Notes under the pieces: model-generated
Seen by the model: only the letters and a program-made list of their open reading frames with translations
Databases searched by the model: none
Told to the model about the DNA's origin: nothing
Assembly (NCBI GenBank): GCA_022703375.1
Contig: JAKLDS010000003.1
Span: forward strand, 7,171-71,170
Direction: 5' to 3'
Source: Deltaproteobacteria bacterium
GTDB lineage: Bacteria; Desulfobacterota; Syntrophia; Syntrophales; Smithellaceae
DNA length: 64,000 bases
Translations under genes and position numbers: made by a program
Shown here: piece after piece, positions 20,905 through 30,257 of the stretch
How positions within the stretch are numbered: position 1 is the first letter of the stretch
Layout of the letters: the number at the start of each line of letters is the position of its first letter

Positions 20905-21411
20905 TTAAACAGGCTGAGCAAAGATACTCCGGAGGAAGTCTTCCCGCAGGGCTTGATTCAGCAAATTTGTTTCTTCGGCAACCGGCAGCAAGGGAAAATG
21001 TTCCCGGAAGATACGCGCGAAAATGCCGGCGCCGGTCTCTTGAAACATTTCATCGGCATCATAAACCTTGACCTGCTCCAGGCCGCAGGAGGGAGAACTG
21101 CTTTTAAATATAAAACCCCGCAGGTTTTCTTTTTTTAAACTTATCACACGACCGGCCGCCCATGCCTCCATTTTTTCCGTCCAATCAATTTTTGTGTGAA
21201 TAGTGAAGACGCGCGGTCTTTGCGGATTGCCCGTCAGACGGATTTTTTCGCGCGGAATGCCCAATCCCAATTCCGCCTCCGGACAGACCGGCACAAATTC
21301 TACCAATTTTCCCAATTCCTCACGCAAATATAAATTCAAGGCATTGCCGCCGTCATAACGGACATTAATGCCCAGAAGACACGCGCTGATTCCGATACGG
21401 GCTTTCGTCAT
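20905..21411 (-). CDS. DUF523 family protein (YbbK/TudS-like 2-thiouracil desulfidase family)
   Basis: N-terminus IGISACLLGINVRYDGG is typical of DUF523. Its start overlaps the HlyD-family stop by 4 nt. Confidence 0.65.
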   Translation of the reverse strand: MTKARIGISACLLGINVRYDGGNALNLYLREELGKLVEFVPVCPEAELGLGIPREKIRLTGNPQRPRVFTIHTKIDWTEKMEAWAAGRVISLKKENLRGFIFKSSSPSCGLEQVKVYDADEMFQETGAGIFARIFREHFPLLPVAEETNLLNQALREDFLRSIFAQPV

Positions 21412-22610
21412 TTCTTCACTTTTATCTTTCCCCCGTCTTTGACCGTATCATCGGGATGGACGATGACCTTTTCCCCTTCCTGCAAACCGGTAATTATTTC
21501 CGCAGCCAGACCGTTTCTCTGCCCGACTTCGACAATCCGGAGCGCGGCCCTGCCGCTCTGTGCGACAAATACCGCCCAGTCATTGCCGGAACGGAAAAGA
21601 GCGTTAGTGGGAATCTGTAAAACATTTTTGCCTTCCCAGATAATGAAATGCGCTTCCAGGCGGAAACCGTCGCCCAGCAAGCGCCACATTTCGGCGGGCG
21701 AAGTAATATCGGCAATTATCAAAACCCTTTGTTCCTCCACTCCCAGGCTCGATATTTTCGTAAAGCCCGAAGGCTCGACAACGCGGACAACGCCGCTTAA
21801 ATCACCGGCGCCGCCCCAGCGTCGGAAAAGCACCGGCGTGCCTTTCCTGATTTTTACGGCATCGGTGGATAAGACATCAACGCGCACCTCCAGGTTCCGG
21901 ATATCGCCGATTTCCAGCAGTGGTTCGCCGACATTCACCGCGCCTTCGCTTTCTCTGTAAACGCGGAAAACACTGCCGCCGCTGGGCGCCTTGATATTGA
22001 TGATTGCTCCGCCGGGTGCGGTATTGCCCGGCGCATAATTTTTCAGCGCCGTTTCTGCCCGTGCCACATCGGCTGCGGCGGCTTTTCCGGCGGCGGCCGC
22101 CGATTGCCGCATTGCCTGAGCCTTGGTATTTTCCGCCGATATCTGATCAAACTGATCTTTGGCAATATAGCCTTTGGCAAAAAGACTTTTCATTCTCTCC
22201 CATCTTTTTGCGGTATAATCGGCGTCGGCGATAGCCGCTTTTTCGCGGTCTTGAGCCGCTGTCAGCGCCGCCTGTGCGGCAATCACGGTATTTTCCGCCG
22301 CCGCGCGGCTGCGCGGATCGAGCCCCGGTGAACGCAATGGTTCGAGAGCGATTAACTGCCCGCCTTTTTTCACCTCATCACCGGCTTTAACGCTGATGCG
22401 CCTCATGTAGCCGGCGACCGGCACCGTTACGATATAGCGTTCCTTCAATCTGGTTTTACCCTCTTCTTCTATTGCCACCTGCAGGTCGGCATGTCGCACA
22501 GAGGCGATATCAACTTCCGCCGCCCGGGGCAGAAAGCCGTAAATTACCGCTCCCAAAACCAGCGCCAGCACGGCAAACATCAGTATTTTTCTGCGTAACG
22601 CCACATTCAT
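21408..22610 (-). CDS. HlyD/MacA-family periplasmic adaptor subunit of an efflux transporter
   Basis: N-terminal TM anchor, lipoyl-like and coiled-coil segments, beta-barrel C-terminus. Operon context with the ABC components. Confidence 0.85.
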   Translation of the reverse strand: MNVALRRKILMFAVLALVLGAVIYGFLPRAAEVDIASVRHADLQVAIEEEGKTRLKERYIVTVPVAGYMRRISVKAGDEVKKGGQLIALEPLRSPGLDPRSRAAAENTVIAAQAALTAAQDREKAAIADADYTAKRWERMKSLFAKGYIAKDQFDQISAENTKAQAMRQSAAAAGKAAAADVARAETALKNYAPGNTAPGGAIINIKAPSGGSVFRVYRESEGAVNVGEPLLEIGDIRNLEVRVDVLSTDAVKIRKGTPVLFRRWGGAGDLSGVVRVVEPSGFTKISSLGVEEQRVLIIADITSPAEMWRLLGDGFRLEAHFIIWEGKNVLQIPTNALFRSGNDWAVFVAQSGRAALRIVEVGQRNGLAAEIITGLQEGEKVIVHPDDTVKDGGKIKVKK

Positions 22611-22614
22611 AAAA

Positions 22615-24978
22615 TCACTCCCTCGTTTTTAATACTTCGACCAAATCCAGATGATCAAGTTTGTTGCGCACAATCAATCCGGAAATCGTTGCCGAAATCA
22701 GGACAACAGACGCCGCCAGCGAATATGTTGTGTCCGTAATCACCATCGGGACCCGAAACAGCTCAGATTGCAGCGCCACGGCAATATAATTGCAAAGCGC
22801 CTTCCCGATGAAAAATCCCAGCGGTATCGCCAAAAGCGCAATTATCGCCAGTTCGCCCAGCAGGATATAGGATATTTCGCCGCGTGTATAGCCCAGCACC
22901 CGCAGACTTCCCAGCTCGCGGCTGCGCTCCGCGAGCGCAATGCGGGCATTATTATAAACAACGCCGATGGCAATGGAGCAGGCCATAATCGTCGCAATAA
23001 AGGTGAAAAACAATATGCCGCGCGCCTGCACTTCATAGAAATTGCGGATTTCATTGCGCCGCACGATGGTTCCGGCAACCGCCGGCATATCAACGAATTT
23101 GCGGTATAAATCGTCATGAACAAGCGAATCGGCTGTCAAATAGACACCGGATATTGCATCTCCCTCTTTCATCAGGCGATTAAGCGCCTTCAAATCCATA
23201 TAGGCCATTACACCCAGATACATTTTCACCAGCCCGGCCACGGGAACATCCCGAATTGTTTTGGCTCCCTCCAATGTTTCGACAGTAATCTTATCGCCGG
23301 TTTTAATTCCCAGCATGTTTGCCAGATAATCATTGATGACAATGCCTTCCCGCGGTAGTCTGACTTCGCGCAGATTAGTATCCAGCAGCGGGTGGAGTTG
23401 ACTGCCCTCTTCAACGCCGTTAATCACCGTTTTATAATTTTTCCGGCCGTGCCTTAGTCTTACCGGTACGGTTCTGAATGTTTCCGCCTGGCGAACGCCG
23501 TCTAACGATTTAAGCCCATACACAGCTTTATAGGATGTCGGATTGTTGAAGGCGACCGCCATGTCTTCTTTCTGTGAGCGAACGAATTGAATGTTGACCA
23601 TAAAGTTCACGGAGTCCTCGAAAAAACCGCTGGAAATCATTGTCGCGCAGGCGACCGCAATGCCGAGGATGGAAAGAAAAGTCCGGATAGGTTTTCTTTC
23701 CATATTACGCATGATAATGCGCGACGGCTGGGAAAGCAGACGTCCGACGCCGATTTTCTCCAGAATGGTAATTTGATATTTGGCGGGCGGTTCGGGACGC
23801 ATTGTTTCCGCCGGCTGTTCCCTGACCGATTTCCAGAGTGAATGCAGCGTGCCGCCCAGGGCCGAGGCAATGCTGATAATTATGACCGATACAATTACCC
23901 AGGGCTGCACAATATAATTAAGCGCAGGAAAGCGATAAACCTCCATATAAATTCCGCCCAGTATGTTTCCCAGCCAGATGCCGGCGGCAATCCCCAGAAT
24001 CATGCCGGCGGTCATCACCAGAATAATCAGCTTGATGTAATGGCTGCCGATGGTGAAGTTGTCGTAACCGAAGGCTTTGAGGGCGGCAATCTGCTCGCGC
24101 TGCGTATTGATTGTCCGGCTCATCACGACGTTGAGCAGAAAAGCGGCGACAAAAATAAAGATGCCGGGAAATATCTTCGAGCTGGTGCGCAACATATTAA
24201 ATTCTTCGTCGAGCAGCCGGTGCGACAACTGCTGACTGCGGGGATAAGCGCCGAAGCCGCCGTAACGGTCAACAATGTTATCCAATTGCCGCAGAATGTC
24301 ATTTTCGTTGAAGCCGTGATACAGAGTCAAAACGACATTATTAAAAGCTCCTTCCATGTTATAGGCGCGGCTCAGCGCCTTGCGGCTCATCCAGAGAATG
24401 CCATAGCGTTTGAAATCCGGGCTCATGGCAAAGGGGCGCATTATCAGGACATACTCCGGGGAAAGCGCCACTCCCGTCACTGTCAGCTTTTTCCACTTGC
24501 CGTTAATCACGGCGGCAAACTGGTCTCCGATATTCATCTGATGCGCCTGAGCAAAATTTTCATTGACGACGACTTCGTTGTCCTTGGTTGGATCAGCAAG
24601 ACGTCCCCTTCTGATATAAAGTTTATTAATCAGCGGATTGCCGTCATCGGGAATGGAAAGAATATGAGCAGTCACCGGTTCGTTAAATCCGGCTATGTCC
24701 AGCTTAACTCCGGCCATAACCCTTGTTTCCACATGCTTCACACCGGGAATATCCTTTATTTTTTCTTTGATATTTTCCGGCGCCCGCTTCAGATGAATGA
24801 ACACATCGGCAAAATTGTAATCCCGGTAAAAGCGGCTGCGGGTGCTTTCCAGCGAGTGCATTGTGGTGATGAACATGATATAGGTCGCCGCCCCGCTGAT
24901 GACCACCAGCGTGATGGCGAATACCTGCCCTTTCATGCGCCACAAATCCCGCCAAATTTTTCTGTCCAGTGCCTTCAT
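22615..24978 (-). CDS. ABC transporter permease with two FtsX/MacB-type domains
   Basis: Roughly 790 aa with duplicated 4-TM FtsX modules and large periplasmic loops. The family-typical N-terminus MKALDRKIWRDLWRMKGQ starts at 24978, 4 nt after the ATPase stop. The ORF track extends to 25020. Confidence 0.85.
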   Translation of the reverse strand: MKALDRKIWRDLWRMKGQVFAITLVVISGAATYIMFITTMHSLESTRSRFYRDYNFADVFIHLKRAPENIKEKIKDIPGVKHVETRVMAGVKLDIAGFNEPVTAHILSIPDDGNPLINKLYIRRGRLADPTKDNEVVVNENFAQAHQMNIGDQFAAVINGKWKKLTVTGVALSPEYVLIMRPFAMSPDFKRYGILWMSRKALSRAYNMEGAFNNVVLTLYHGFNENDILRQLDNIVDRYGGFGAYPRSQQLSHRLLDEEFNMLRTSSKIFPGIFIFVAAFLLNVVMSRTINTQREQIAALKAFGYDNFTIGSHYIKLIILVMTAGMILGIAAGIWLGNILGGIYMEVYRFPALNYIVQPWVIVSVIIISIASALGGTLHSLWKSVREQPAETMRPEPPAKYQITILEKIGVGRLLSQPSRIIMRNMERKPIRTFLSILGIAVACATMISSGFFEDSVNFMVNIQFVRSQKEDMAVAFNNPTSYKAVYGLKSLDGVRQAETFRTVPVRLRHGRKNYKTVINGVEEGSQLHPLLDTNLREVRLPREGIVINDYLANMLGIKTGDKITVETLEGAKTIRDVPVAGLVKMYLGVMAYMDLKALNRLMKEGDAISGVYLTADSLVHDDLYRKFVDMPAVAGTIVRRNEIRNFYEVQARGILFFTFIATIMACSIAIGVVYNNARIALAERSRELGSLRVLGYTRGEISYILLGELAIIALLAIPLGFFIGKALCNYIAVALQSELFRVPMVITDTTYSLAASVVLISATISGLIVRNKLDHLDLVEVLKTRE

Positions 24979-24982
24979 GGTT

Positions 24983-25705
24983 TCACCACTGTATCTCACG
25001 CGGGGATTTTCTTTGAGCATTGGAGGTGACTTCGGAAATCCGGCCGTTGCTTAAATGAATCACCCGATCGGCCATGGCGGCAATGTCCACATTATGCGTA
25101 ATGATTGCCGTTGCCGTTCCCAATTGTGTATTGACGCGCTCGAGCGCCTCTAACACCACCATGCCCGTCTGCGAATCGAGCGCGCCGGTGGGCTCGTCGC
25201 AAAGCAAAACCTGGGGATTTTTCGAGATGGCGCGCGCGATGGCTACTCTCTGCTGTTCACCGCCGGAGAGCTGGGAGGGAAAATGATCCAGCCTTTCGGT
25301 CAGGCCGACCAGCGCGAGGGCTTCTTCCGGCTTCATCGGAGCGCGGGCGATTTCCGTTACCACCGCCACATTCTCCCTGGCGGTGAGACTGGGAATCAGA
25401 TTATAGAATTGAAATACAAAACCCACATGATAGCGGCGATAATCGGTTAAATCTTTTTCCGTGGCGCGCGTCAACTCCCGGCCGCGATAGGCCACATAAC
25501 CGCTGGTCGCCGTATCGAGGCCGCCCAGAATGTTTAACAGGGTGGACTTGCCGCTGCCCGACGGACCCAGGAGCACAATCAGCTCGCCTTCCATCAGCTC
25601 CAGCGATGCCCCGCGCAGGGCGTGAACATCCACCTCCCCCATATGATAGGTTTTGGTGAGATTTTCCACATGAAAAACTATCTTGCCGTTGCCAGTATCA
25701 TTCAT
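24983..25705 (-). CDS. ABC transporter ATP-binding protein (MacB/LolD-like)
   Basis: Walker [10 protein letters not shown], signature LSGGEQQR, Walker [12 protein letters not shown]. Confidence 0.95.
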   Translation of the reverse strand: MNDTGNGKIVFHVENLTKTYHMGEVDVHALRGASLELMEGELIVLLGPSGSGKSTLLNILGGLDTATSGYVAYRGRELTRATEKDLTDYRRYHVGFVFQFYNLIPSLTARENVAVVTEIARAPMKPEEALALVGLTERLDHFPSQLSGGEQQRVAIARAISKNPQVLLCDEPTGALDSQTGMVVLEALERVNTQLGTATAIITHNVDIAAMADRVIHLSNGRISEVTSNAQRKSPREIQW

Positions 25706-26313
25706 TTCCGCGGCGCTCCCCGTTGCAGCAGAAAACGGATAAATTCTTTCGTTACTTTTTTAATATCAATTTTTTCCTTATCAATCATGTAATGGGCAAT
25801 GACGCCGTCAAAAGAAGATACGAGATAGCAGGCCAGGGCTTGAGAGTCGGTATCCCTATCCCACCGCCCCCTGTTTTTGCCGGCATCAATCATGTTGCTC
25901 ACCAGCGCGGTCAGATCATGATGCATTTTTTTTATTACGCCGACGAAATCCTGATACTTGTGGGAATGCACGTTAATCAGCCACAACTCCGTATATACGA
26001 TGAATATATTTTCCACATCCTCATTAACATGCATTGCTTCTTCGATCAGCGCGGCCATTTTATCGAGCGGATCGTCAATGCGCAAAAGCGCCGCCCCGAA
26101 GGAACGCTCCATTTCATAAAAAAGCTCATTGGAAACAACCAGCAGAATTTCTTCTTTGGTACGGAAATAATGATAGATGGTTCCTTTGCCTACTCCGGCG
26201 GCATTGGCGATATCCTGAATCGTTGTTGCCTGAAATCCCTTTTTCGCTAAAAGAGCAATCGCCTTTCTGGCTATTTCCGAGCGCATTTTTTCGTGATTGA
26301 CTATTTTCGGCAC
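25702..26313 (-). CDS. TetR/AcrR family transcriptional regulator (start uncertain)
   Basis: HTH region [37 protein letters not shown] prefer the GTG at 26313 because it follows GGAGA by 7 nt. The longest ORF starts at a TTG at 26382 with no RBS. The stop overlaps the ABC ATPase start. Confidence 0.8.
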   Translation of the reverse strand: MPKIVNHEKMRSEIARKAIALLAKKGFQATTIQDIANAAGVGKGTIYHYFRTKEEILLVVSNELFYEMERSFGAALLRIDDPLDKMAALIEEAMHVNEDVENIFIVYTELWLINVHSHKYQDFVGVIKKMHHDLTALVSNMIDAGKNRGRWDRDTDSQALACYLVSSFDGVIAHYMIDKEKIDIKKVTKEFIRFLLQRGAPRK

Positions 26314-26380
26314 TTTTATGTCTCCGGTGTATTTCGACTGAGCAGTCGAAATTATCTCATCATTTAACAATATATTTGTC

Positions 26381-26442
26381 AACTACTTATTATTCGTAGA
26401 TATATTATTATTTATTATAGACCGACAGTTCTATAAGTAGTT
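26381..26442. promoter_or_regulatory. 10-bp inverted repeat, candidate TetR operator in the divergent promoter region
   Basis: AACTACTTAT (26381..26390) and ATAAGTAGTT (26433..26442) in an AT-rich spacer between the TetR operon and the hydrolase gene. Confidence 0.3.
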
Positions 26443-26570
26443 AAAACTATTTAACATTGACTTTTATTCCTTAGGCAACTAAAAATATTGACTATGGCTG
26501 AACGAAAGATATTACAGCTCAAATCTGATAAATTCAGGATATTAAGTGACAAATTATCAGGGAGGCGACG

Positions 26571-27344
26571 ATGCCCTTTGTTCAACTGAAGAATAAAACA
26601 AAAATTCATTACATTGCCGCAGGGAAGGGCAGGGGAAAAATAATTTTTGTCCACGGCAATCTGGCCAACACCATCTGGTGGGAAGAAACGCTGGATAAAC
26701 TGCAACCCCAGTATCAGGGCTATGCCCTGGATTTGCCCGGCAGCGGCCAGTCGCCGGAAACAGGCGAACGCCACACCATGGAATATCTGGCTGCAGTGGT
26801 CAATGATTTTGCGGAAAAACTGGGCATAAAGGAGTTTTACCTGGTCGGCCACTCGATGGGCGGCGGCATTGCGCAGCTTCTGACATTGAATCATCCGGAA
26901 AAAGTCCGGAAGCTGGTTTTGCTCGATGCCATGGCGGCAGACGGTTTCCACACAATTTACAATCTGGGACTCGACCGGATGAGAAGGGCAATGGTGGATA
27001 AAGAATTTCTGGCAGCGGCGCTCCGGGTCATCGCACCCAACTGCAAGAATGAAAAGCTCCTGGCAAGAATTACTGAAGCCGCGGCACAGGCTTCCGAACA
27101 GGTCTTTCTGGAACAGCCGGTGACCATGCATGAAGCCAACTGGCTGAGCCGCCTGCAGGAAATAAATTGTCCCACGCTTTTTCTCCACGGCGAGGAGGAT
27201 AACTTCGTGCCGCAAGACGGCAGCGAACGGACTGCCCGGTCAATTAACGGCTGTATTTTTAAATATTTAAGAAATTGCGGCCATTCTCCCATGCTGGAAG
27301 TATTTGACGAATATTTTCAAGAGGTGTTCGGTTTTCTCGGATAA
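26571..27344 (+). CDS. Alpha/beta hydrolase fold protein
   Basis: Oxyanion-hole HGN motif (IIFVHGNLAN) and nucleophile elbow GHSMGG. RBS GGGAGG. Confidence 0.85.
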   Translation: MPFVQLKNKTKIHYIAAGKGRGKIIFVHGNLANTIWWEETLDKLQPQYQGYALDLPGSGQSPETGERHTMEYLAAVVNDFAEKLGIKEFYLVGHSMGGGIAQLLTLNHPEKVRKLVLLDAMAADGFHTIYNLGLDRMRRAMVDKEFLAAALRVIAPNCKNEKLLARITEAAAQASEQVFLEQPVTMHEANWLSRLQEINCPTLFLHGEEDNFVPQDGSERTARSINGCIFKYLRNCGHSPMLEVFDEYFQEVFGFLG

Positions 27345-27401
27345 TTTAATGATAATGATACCGATTGTTACCCGGAGCGAATTGCGCAAGAAGGAGGAGC
27401 T

Positions 27402-27782
27402 ATGAAAATTGACGAATATTTTGCCAGCAGAAAAGGTATTGGTGTTTTGTCCACTGCCGATGCCGGCGGCAAGGTGAATGCGGCTGTTTACGGCCGTCCG
27501 CACTTTATGGATGGTGATACAATTGCCTTCATTGCCGCGGATCGCCTGACCCATGCCAATCTGCAGACCAATCCATCGGCCGTGTATCTTTTCCAAGAGG
27601 AGGGTTCTCATAGCGGAAAAAGGCTTTATCTGACAAAGACCGGCGAAGAAAAGGATTCACCGCTTATTGACGAAATACGCCGGAGAAAGTCTGAAGGGGC
27701 GGCCGGCAGAGAAAAAAAAGAATCCCGGTTTCTCATTTATTTTAAAATAGACAGAATATTGCCGCTCATTGGCGAAGGTTGA
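27402..27782 (+). CDS. Pyridoxamine 5'-phosphate oxidase-like FMN-binding split-barrel protein
   Basis: 126 aa. The pattern GVLSTADAGGKVNAAVYG...IAFIAADRLTHANL resembles the PNPOx-like family. RBS GGAGG. Confidence 0.6.
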   Translation: MKIDEYFASRKGIGVLSTADAGGKVNAAVYGRPHFMDGDTIAFIAADRLTHANLQTNPSAVYLFQEEGSHSGKRLYLTKTGEEKDSPLIDEIRRRKSEGAAGREKKESRFLIYFKIDRILPLIGEG

Positions 27783-29124
27783 GAATGATTTGAAAAACGG
27801 CATCCGTAATCGGGCGGCGGAAATAGTGCGCACTCTTAAGCAAAATGGTTTCACCGCCTATTTCGTCGGCGGTTGTGTGCGTGATTTTATCCGCGGTGTT
27901 GAACCGGACGACTATGATATTGCCACCTCGGCTCATCCTGAACAGATACAGGAATTATTCCCCCGCACTGTTGCCGTAGGCGCCAAGTTCGGCGTAGTCG
28001 CTGTTATTGTTGATGGTCATCCTTTCGAAATTGCAACTTTTCGCAGTGACGATGATTATCGCGACGGGCGCCGGCCCTCTGGCGTTCGTTTTGCCGGCGC
28101 CGCAGAAGATGTCGCCCGCCGGGATTTTACCGTCAACGGCCTCCTGATGAATCCAGAGACGTCGGAAATCACCGACTATGTCGCCGGCTGTGCCGATATT
28201 GAAAAAAAAATAATCCGGACAATCGGCAATCCCTACACCCGCTTTAAGGAAGACTATTTACGAATGCTGCGGGCCGTGCGCTTGTCGGCCAATCTGGATT
28301 TTACTCTGGAGGCGCAGACTAAAGAAGCAATAATTACCAACGCCGCCATGATTGGCAAAATCAGCGCCGAACGTCTGCAGCAGGAACTCAATAAAACTCT
28401 GACACGCGGACATGCCCGCCGCGGCATGGAATTACTTTCGGAAACGGGATTGCTGCGGGAAATTTTGCCGGAAGTGGCGGCGCTTGGCGGCATTGAGCAG
28501 CCGCCGCTTTACCATCCCGAAGGAGATGTCTGGCGGCATACTTTAATCATGTTGGAATTACTGCCGCGGGAAGGACATCTCGCCGGCAACGGCGCTTTGG
28601 CCTGGGCGGCTCTTCTGCACGATGCCGGCAAGGTTCTGACGCGCACGGAGGATGAAAAAGGAGTCCATTTTTACGGCCATGTCCGGGCGGGAGAGGAAAT
28701 AGCCGCGAAAATTATGCAGCGACTGCGATTCTCCAACAATGATCGTGAAACCGTGATTGCCCTCATCCATTATCACATGGTTTTTATGAATGTGCAAAAG
28801 ATGCGTCCCGGCCGCCTGAAAAGATTTTTACGTATGCCTGATTTTAATCTGCATCTGGAGTTGCATCGCCTGGATTGTCTGGCCAGCCACGGCCTGCTTG
28901 ACAACTATGATTTCTGCGTCGGGCAACTGCGATATCTGGATGAAGAAGACCTGCATCCGACGCGTCTGCTCACCGGCCATGATTTAATCGCAATGGGATT
29001 TGCCGAGGGAAAGATAATCGGCAAAATTATCGCCGCTCTGGAAGAAGAGCAACTCGAAGGAAGAATCGGGACGAAGGAAGAAGCCATCCGGTTTGTCCGC
29101 GGGATTCAGGATAATCAGTCTTAA
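27769..29124 (+). CDS. cca: CCA-adding tRNA nucleotidyltransferase with HD domain
   Basis: Head-domain motifs YFVGGCVRD and DYDIAT, ATFRSD..Y, and HD region LLHDAGK. The TTG start overlaps the upstream gene by 14 nt, so the start is uncertain. Confidence 0.85.
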   Translation: MAKVENDLKNGIRNRAAEIVRTLKQNGFTAYFVGGCVRDFIRGVEPDDYDIATSAHPEQIQELFPRTVAVGAKFGVVAVIVDGHPFEIATFRSDDDYRDGRRPSGVRFAGAAEDVARRDFTVNGLLMNPETSEITDYVAGCADIEKKIIRTIGNPYTRFKEDYLRMLRAVRLSANLDFTLEAQTKEAIITNAAMIGKISAERLQQELNKTLTRGHARRGMELLSETGLLREILPEVAALGGIEQPPLYHPEGDVWRHTLIMLELLPREGHLAGNGALAWAALLHDAGKVLTRTEDEKGVHFYGHVRAGEEIAAKIMQRLRFSNNDRETVIALIHYHMVFMNVQKMRPGRLKRFLRMPDFNLHLELHRLDCLASHGLLDNYDFCVGQLRYLDEEDLHPTRLLTGHDLIAMGFAEGKIIGKIIAALEEEQLEGRIGTKEEAIRFVRGIQDNQS

Positions 29125-29227
29125 TAAGTTCGTCAGATATCGGTGTCCACAGTTTTTCTCTCAGGCCATTCGCTGAAATGTAATCTCTGATTTATTTATC
29201 CTCAGCGCGCCGGATTGAAGGGGAAGC

Positions 29228-29257
29228 GAAGCCCCGTCCTCGGGAGAACGGGGCTTC
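29228..29257. terminator. GC-rich hairpin between convergent cca and the receiver-gene transcription unit
   Basis: 10-bp stem GAAGCCCCGT / ACGGGGCTTC. A second hairpin AGGGCGC/GCGCCCT follows. There is no clear T-run on either strand. Confidence 0.45.
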
Positions 29258-29299
29258 TAAAGGGCGCAAGTGGGGGGGACCCGGAAAGCGCCCTCTGTG

Positions 29300-29506
29300 T
29301 CAAGTCTGGACAGGCGCAGTATTGCTCCTCAACTGAAAAGGAAGGAGGGAACCGGAGCGTTTGTCTGCAATGCCTGTGAACATGACACGGATATCGTAAA
29401 AAACAATGTTTGCCTCCGGAAGAAGAAATGATGCGGCCCTGCTCTCCGGTAATGTTTTTTCCGAAAACACCTGACAGTGTTTGTCTTCAATCATTTTACC
29501 TGACAT
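29300..29506 (-). CDS. Hypothetical 68-aa protein, translationally coupled to the upstream receiver gene
   Basis: ATG at 29506 follows GGAAAGGAAGAAGAA and overlaps the last 11 nt of the receiver gene. A second in-frame ATG lies 1 nt after that stop. I recognise no family. Without this ORF the spacer would be 370 nt of non-coding sequence. Confidence 0.35.
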   Translation of the reverse strand: MSGKMIEDKHCQVFSEKTLPESRAASFLLPEANIVFYDIRVMFTGIADKRSGSLLPFQLRSNTAPVQT

Positions 29507-29954
29507 TTCTTCTTCCTTTCCCGTCTGCCATTGAGTTTTTTTTTGTATCTTCAAAGCAATCGTCGTTCCGGTGAACCGGCAAGGCTTGATAATGAAGAGC
29601 GCGGTCAATTTCGGCGGTCAGTCTCTCCAGCGTAAAGGGCTTTTCCAGAAAGCAATCGCAATCATGATTAAGCGCACTGTCCAGAGTGCTCTTTTGGATA
29701 TAACCGCTCATCATAATGACAGGGAAATTGCCGAAGCGCTGGCGAATGGCTTGCAGAAATTGCAGGCCGTTTATTCCCCGCATCCAGTAGTCAGTCAGCA
29801 CGAGATCAATTTCACTGCTCTGGGAATGGAGGATGTTCAGGCCTTCTTCCGCAGAAGTTGCTTCCCGGACTTCATAGCCACGGCTCCTTAAACCGCGGCG
29901 CAGAGTTTCGAGCTGATCAATCTCATCATCAACTATTAATATATTCACAGGCAA
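29496..29954 (-). CDS. Stand-alone receiver-domain response regulator
   Basis: ILIVDDE, phospho-acceptor LVLTDYWMRGINGL, and conserved Lys in FLEKPF. No output domain. TTG start after AAGGGGAA. Confidence 0.85.
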   Translation of the reverse strand: MPVNILIVDDEIDQLETLRRGLRSRGYEVREATSAEEGLNILHSQSSEIDLVLTDYWMRGINGLQFLQAIRQRFGNFPVIMMSGYIQKSTLDSALNHDCDCFLEKPFTLERLTAEIDRALHYQALPVHRNDDCFEDTKKNSMADGKGRRNVR

Positions 29955-29992
29955 TGTTCCCCTTGTTGGTTTATGCGCTTTATCAGATTTAC

Positions 29993-30008
29993 TGCAGCGA
30001 CCATGCCA
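29993..30008 (-). promoter_or_regulatory. Sigma-54 (-24/-12) promoter upstream of the receiver-only gene
   Basis: The minus strand reads TGGCATGGTCGCTGCA, against the consensus TGGCAC-N5-TTGCA. GG and GC are correctly spaced. It lies 38 nt upstream of the TTG start, and an NtrC-type activator is encoded 2 kb upstream. Confidence 0.65.
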
Positions 30009-30257
30009 CAGGTGCTGATTTTGGTGGGAAACCTAAATATGTAAAATAAATCGGTAGGATACGGATAATCAGTTTTGAGTGTTGCAGGGCCGGGTTCAGG
30101 GATGATGGTGTGCCATTATGGAATGCTGAAAAAAGATAATTTCGTGAAAACAGCAGTTTAACTCAGCCGTTCTTTTTTGGCATGGTCCTAATCAGGATGG
30201 CGCGAAACCGGCGTGTCATCTGCAGACGGTTTTTCCCGGTCCATTGCCGGTTTTTTT

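Noticed and set aside
30178-30194. Second sigma-54 promoter on the plus strand (TGGCATGGTCCTAATCA)
   Set aside because: The -24 element is good, but the -12 position has no GC (TAATC). It would fire antisense into the Ser/Thr kinase gene. It is kept only as a repeated 10-mer in the finding on the minus-strand promoter.
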